From the NCBI GenBank assembly GCA_010405405.1, contig MU004234.1, positions 4,671 to 68,670 on the forward strand: a stretch of DNA of 64,000 nucleotides. Direction: 5' to 3'. The stretch's first letter is position 1. Every line of letters starts with the position of its first letter. This stretch comes from Microthyrium microscopicum. Its lineage: Eukaryota. This document shows positions 60,006-64,000 of the stretch, in pieces. The notes below the pieces were generated by a model. That model was given only the letters and a program-made list of their open reading frames with translations. It made no database searches and was not told the origin of the DNA. The translations under genes and the position numbers were made by a program.

Positions 60006-63000
60006 TCATTGCTGCAAGGAGCGCTTCTCCGATGCGGCGGGCTCGACCACAGTGCGAACTGATGTGTCGCTGTTGGACGAAATGGGGCCACAAGGAGGAA
60101 ATGTCTGAGCATGTGTAGGCCATGGATGGGTGGAGGATGCAGTAGCAGGTGGGGAGGTGGAATAGGCTGGTGCGGAATCAGTTTCCTTGCGCTTTGTCGA
60201 AGGCGTTCGATTGCGAGTGCCAAAGACTCGGCTCATGATGCCCCGACCTTTCTGTGGAGGACTTGTGCTATGCTGCAACGACTCTTCAGGAGAGACTGGT
60301 ATGATGTCTTCCTTGTGTATTTTGCAGAATACAGAGGAGAAGTAGAATCGTTCCCCAGCAACGTTGGTGAGAGGAATCGCCCGATATCCTTGCCGAAGGC
60401 TTTCGAGCTTGGCCGTGTAGCTGGCCATCGGGATCTTGGAATTGGAATAGTTTCTGCCATTATCGCTATGATGAACCGTCCATCGAATGAAGACCAAAGA
60501 TGGATATCGCGTATGAACCGTGACATTGAATTTTTGGTGATATGAAGGGTCGTATACGTTTCGCTCCGCGATACTGGTGCGTAAGCGTAGAGGCGCGCCA
60601 ATGTTGCGGCTATCGGAAGGATCTTGGCTACCTTCCCCAATAGCATGGCTCTGTCCTTTGTCTTCTGCTACAAAAACTTCAACCTCAACGTATGGGTTGG
60701 TTGCAATATCTGAATTTTGCCCACGAGCACGAGGAAGTTGATGTCCTGATATGACATCAATAGAAAACTTGACACGCTTCTTCTCAGGCTTCTGCGACTC
60801 TGGGTCAATAGAGGCATCTGAGGGACGAAGATCGGCTGGTTTGAGCACGTAGCCGAGTGAATCGTCGCCACCGGCAAACATGGCTGTATTGAGCTGCATA
60901 CCAAGATCATTTGTTTGCCAATTCAGGGCGGCAAATTGAACGCCACGACGCCAGAACTTGAGGGGCTCGAAGTTATCGGATCTGATTCGGGTGGCAGAAG
61001 GATACACGCGCATCAAATATCGACGATTGTGCTTCTCCAACTGAGCTTTTGCGCCTTTATTCTCTTTGTTGCAGATAGATTCAAAAGTCTTTTCGGCAAA
61101 AGAGTAGATGTGATTAAACGTTCGACCCTCATTGGATTTGAAATCACTGTATTTGATTCCCTTGGTGTAAATTCCCAGATCCCCGAGAGCTCGCACAATT
61201 TTGCTGGTCATTTTCTTCTTCGACGACCCGGCATGAACATCACTGTCTTCAGAAGAACTTGTTTGACAGATTGGAGAGCCGACTGAGGCTATCGAGTTCA
61301 AATGGCTCGTGGTTGGCATAGATGACGATATCAACGTCTGTTCGGTGTCCGGCTGAGAAAGGGTCGAGGATTTAGACAACGGAATGGTGAGAGGAGACGC
61401 ACCGATTGAGTCAAGAGACCCAATGTCCGCCCTGACAGGCTTGACGAATGGCGAACTAAGCCCTCGTGGTCGTCGCGGTAAAGACTCCATAGAGTTTCCG
61501 AACTCGGTCAGTTCTTGCGAAGAAGCCTTGACTTTGATCAAGATCCTGTTCCTGAGTTCTTCAGGAGTGGGCAGAGTTAAACTATCATCTATAGGCGCAG
61601 TCAAGAGTCTGGCTCCAAATATTGAATGCATCCTGTTAACCATGACGACTTGTTGTGCAGGGTTGCAGTGAACCTCGAGTGAAATGATCAATGGATAGTC
61701 GCTGGATCTGAAGGCATTTTCGTTGATAACTTTGATGCAATCGGTAAACCCAATAGATGATGTGAACGCCCTACCGTGCATAACAATGGGTTCTCCGTCT
61801 TCACCATTCCAGCAGTCAATCTCAATGCAACGACAGTTTCTGCTAAGCGCATTAACGTAAGCCTGTGTGGTAGACTCGTCCAAGACCTGTTTGCCTGGCA
61901 GATAGGTGTTGTGCGAACTGGATACGAAATACTCGTTCAAGGGTCGATTCAATGGCTGGCCAGAGGTATAGTGAGAAATATCCCCAGAAACCTCCGGAAT
62001 CAACAAAAAGGCCTGGAAAGCTGGAAAATGCATCGTGGTGTATGTAGCAGGCTCTGCGCCAACCGGACGCTCTCGAGACTTTTGACAGTACTTTTCAAAC
62101 ATACCGGTCCACCAGTCGAGGTGCTTATCAACATCGATTCCTTGGGTATCTCGGAGAAACCTAAAGCATGTGTCTTGATCTAGTTCCTTCTTCCCTGATG
62201 AAGAATCTTCCCGGGAGAGTATGGATTGAAATATCTGTTTGATGTCATGTCGCTTCCTAAGGCGCTTGATAAACATGCGAAACTGTTGGAAGTTCAAGCC
62301 GGAAGTATGGTCCTGATCAGCTCGCAGGAATTGCTCTCTGAGTTTTGCATCTGAGCAATTAATGCCGAGCTTTTTGCGGCAAAGGATTTTGATGTTATCA
62401 AAATCAAGTTCCACGGATCCATCGAATTCAGCTCCTGGGACCTTGGCGTGTACTTCGGATTTCCAGATGTCTTTCAGGCTCTTTGCTCCACCTTTTCGAA
62501 TATTTGTCATGGTCTCAATGCGCGTCCGTTGAATTTGATTGATTGTTTCGATCCAATGTCTGCAGGTTGACTCGTCTTCTGCTATCAGATGCATAGTCTT
62601 TTGAGCTCCAATCGTTCTGGACACATCTCTGTACACAATGGTGAACCATCGTTTTCCAATTTCGGGGTCAAGATATCCAAGGGCATTTCGGTATTCTTTT
62701 GCTTCAAGCCCATCTTGAATGCTTTGGACGTCATCAATGTAGACCTGTTTGGAGAGGCCAGTATCCCAAGAAAATTTGGCGGCCTCAAAATCAAGGCGCA
62801 GACGAATTTCCTTGGGTTTTTTGCCCTTCTTTGCCACCTTTGTAACTGTTGTTCCAGCTCTCAGAATCGCAGGTACAAGAGGACCAATACCATCAGAAGC
62901 TGTCGATGATGCCATGCTAGGGCGAGACTGCGCAGCTGAAGGAATTTTGGTAGAAGATCTATCTTCAAGATCATTGACAGCCTCGTCATCTTCGCTGTCA

Positions 63001-63581
63001 AGGTCCAGGTCAGAGATTTCGGGATTATTGTCAATGGTGGCACGGCTGCCGTCGAATGGGACGCGAACGCTTCCGCTTAAACGCCGCATGACCATCGGGC
63101 CTGCGCTCAGGTCTCTGCTGGTGTTAACATTGGATCCACGCCGGTGGCCAAGTCGACTATGAGCACCCTTAGACAGTCGACGAACGATATCTCCGGGACT
63201 ACGGGACATTATCATCGCTTCTGCCATGGCAGAAGCCAAAGCTGGTGGAGAAGCCATGGAGGTGATACTGGCATTGTCAGGTTGCGTTCCTGCCATTGAA
63301 GTAGGTACGGTGGTAGTAGTAAGCGGAGACATGAAACCTTCTGGACTGGTAGAAATAGAAGTATTGGTAGGTGGTATTGATGTCGTAGATATTAGACTAC
63401 CTCTGGATGAGTTGTTGGATATGGCGGATGCAAGGTTGCTGGCAGGAGGAATATTGGTGGAGACATTTTGTCTGAACCTGGACTTTGAAATTGAAAATGT
63501 TTGGGAGGATTTCTTTGAAGGAGGGTGAGTATCTCCTTTGAACTCGGGGGACGGAGGAGTAGAGGAGGATTTTGACTCCAT
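60006..63581 (-). CDS. PLC1: Phosphoinositide-specific phospholipase C (PH, EF-hand, X, Y, C2)
   Basis: PLNEYFVSSSHNTYL, CRCIEIDCW, YPLIISLEVHC (X box); LMRVYPSATRIRSDNF, ALNWQT (Y box); C2 domain with GYRAIPL. The first in-frame ATG is at 63581; an upstream exon cannot be excluded. Confidence 0.95.
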   Translation of the reverse strand: MESKSSSTPPSPEFKGDTHPPSKKSSQTFSISKSRFRQNVSTNIPPASNLASAISNNSSRGSLISTTSIPPTNTSISTSPEGFMSPLTTTTVPTSMAGTQPDNASITSMASPPALASAMAEAMIMSRSPGDIVRRLSKGAHSRLGHRRGSNVNTSRDLSAGPMVMRRLSGSVRVPFDGSRATIDNNPEISDLDLDSEDDEAVNDLEDRSSTKIPSAAQSRPSMASSTASDGIGPLVPAILRAGTTVTKVAKKGKKPKEIRLRLDFEAAKFSWDTGLSKQVYIDDVQSIQDGLEAKEYRNALGYLDPEIGKRWFTIVYRDVSRTIGAQKTMHLIAEDESTCRHWIETINQIQRTRIETMTNIRKGGAKSLKDIWKSEVHAKVPGAEFDGSVELDFDNIKILCRKKLGINCSDAKLREQFLRADQDHTSGLNFQQFRMFIKRLRKRHDIKQIFQSILSREDSSSGKKELDQDTCFRFLRDTQGIDVDKHLDWWTGMFEKYCQKSRERPVGAEPATYTTMHFPAFQAFLLIPEVSGDISHYTSGQPLNRPLNEYFVSSSHNTYLPGKQVLDESTTQAYVNALSRNCRCIEIDCWNGEDGEPIVMHGRAFTSSIGFTDCIKVINENAFRSSDYPLIISLEVHCNPAQQVVMVNRMHSIFGARLLTAPIDDSLTLPTPEELRNRILIKVKASSQELTEFGNSMESLPRRPRGLSSPFVKPVRADIGSLDSIGASPLTIPLSKSSTLSQPDTEQTLISSSMPTTSHLNSIASVGSPICQTSSSEDSDVHAGSSKKKMTSKIVRALGDLGIYTKGIKYSDFKSNEGRTFNHIYSFAEKTFESICNKENKGAKAQLEKHNRRYLMRVYPSATRIRSDNFEPLKFWRRGVQFAALNWQTNDLGMQLNTAMFAGGDDSLGYVLKPADLRPSDASIDPESQKPEKKRVKFSIDVISGHQLPRARGQNSDIATNPYVEVEVFVAEDKGQSHAIGEGSQDPSDSRNIGAPLRLRTSIAERNVYDPSYHQKFNVTVHTRYPSLVFIRWTVHHSDNGRNYSNSKIPMASYTAKLESLRQGYRAIPLTNVAGERFYFSSVFCKIHKEDIIPVSPEESLQHSTSPPQKGRGIMSRVFGTRNRTPSTKRKETDSAPAYSTSPPATASSTHPWPTHAQTFPPCGPISSNSDTSVRTVVEPAASEKRSLQQ

Positions 63582-64000
63582 GTTGAAATTGTTGAAATGC
63601 AAGGCGGATAGCCTAAAATTGATGACAAGGTCTCATTTTGTTGAGCAAACGACTAAAGAGACAGTGAAAAGTCGAAGCAGTGGACTGGCAAATTTAGCCA
63701 CAAATTCTTTGGACGATCAAAAGTCGAGAGGCCGATCGTAGTAAGGTGAAACTGAATTTGAGGTGGACGGGTTGGAAATAGAACTCTTGGAGAAATATCG
63801 TCAGATCAAGAGGCTCCAGAGGTGCATAAGAATGCCAGAGCCAACAGCACTCTGACAAGTGTGGGCTATGAATAAATTCAAAGGTAACGTGTAAGCCAGT
63901 AGATTTGGAGCCCAACAGAATGTCGAGGGGGCCGAGCGGCAGTGCAGTCAGTGCAGACCTGAAAATAATGGGAAGCAAACAGAAGCAGTCGGATCACTAG

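Overview
Eukaryotic DNA from a filamentous ascomycete, judged from short GT-AG introns with CTAAC branch points and a strong RIP signature. The ORF track is bacterial-style, so genes were re-assembled by hand across introns. Bases 1-~8440 are an AT-rich block of RIP-destroyed repeats. The rest is gene-rich. It carries housekeeping genes (Btb1-like ANK-RCC1-BTB protein, PI-PLC, fRMsr GAF protein, MFS transporter, MDR reductase, peroxisomal 4CL-like ligase), secreted enzymes and proteins (cutinase, aspartic protease, GDPD, mucin-like and small Cys-containing proteins), a TA-flanked MITE and several pseudogenes. The most notable locus is 51958-57749: a fungal gasdermin-like gene (HET-Q1/RCD-1 type, FG motif at residues 238/239 followed by an acidic tail) head-to-head with a 1219-aa CHAT caspase-like protease fused to a STAND-type NTPase. 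Three of the four introns of that protease gene (233, 227 and 214 nt) are homologous to each other. Each carries an identical 12-mer (CTAGTGGTGGCT) 53-54 nt from the donor site and a shared hairpin, which suggests an introner-like family or a conserved intronic RNA element inside a cell-death controller. All family assignments come from motifs recognised by eye; no database search was run.
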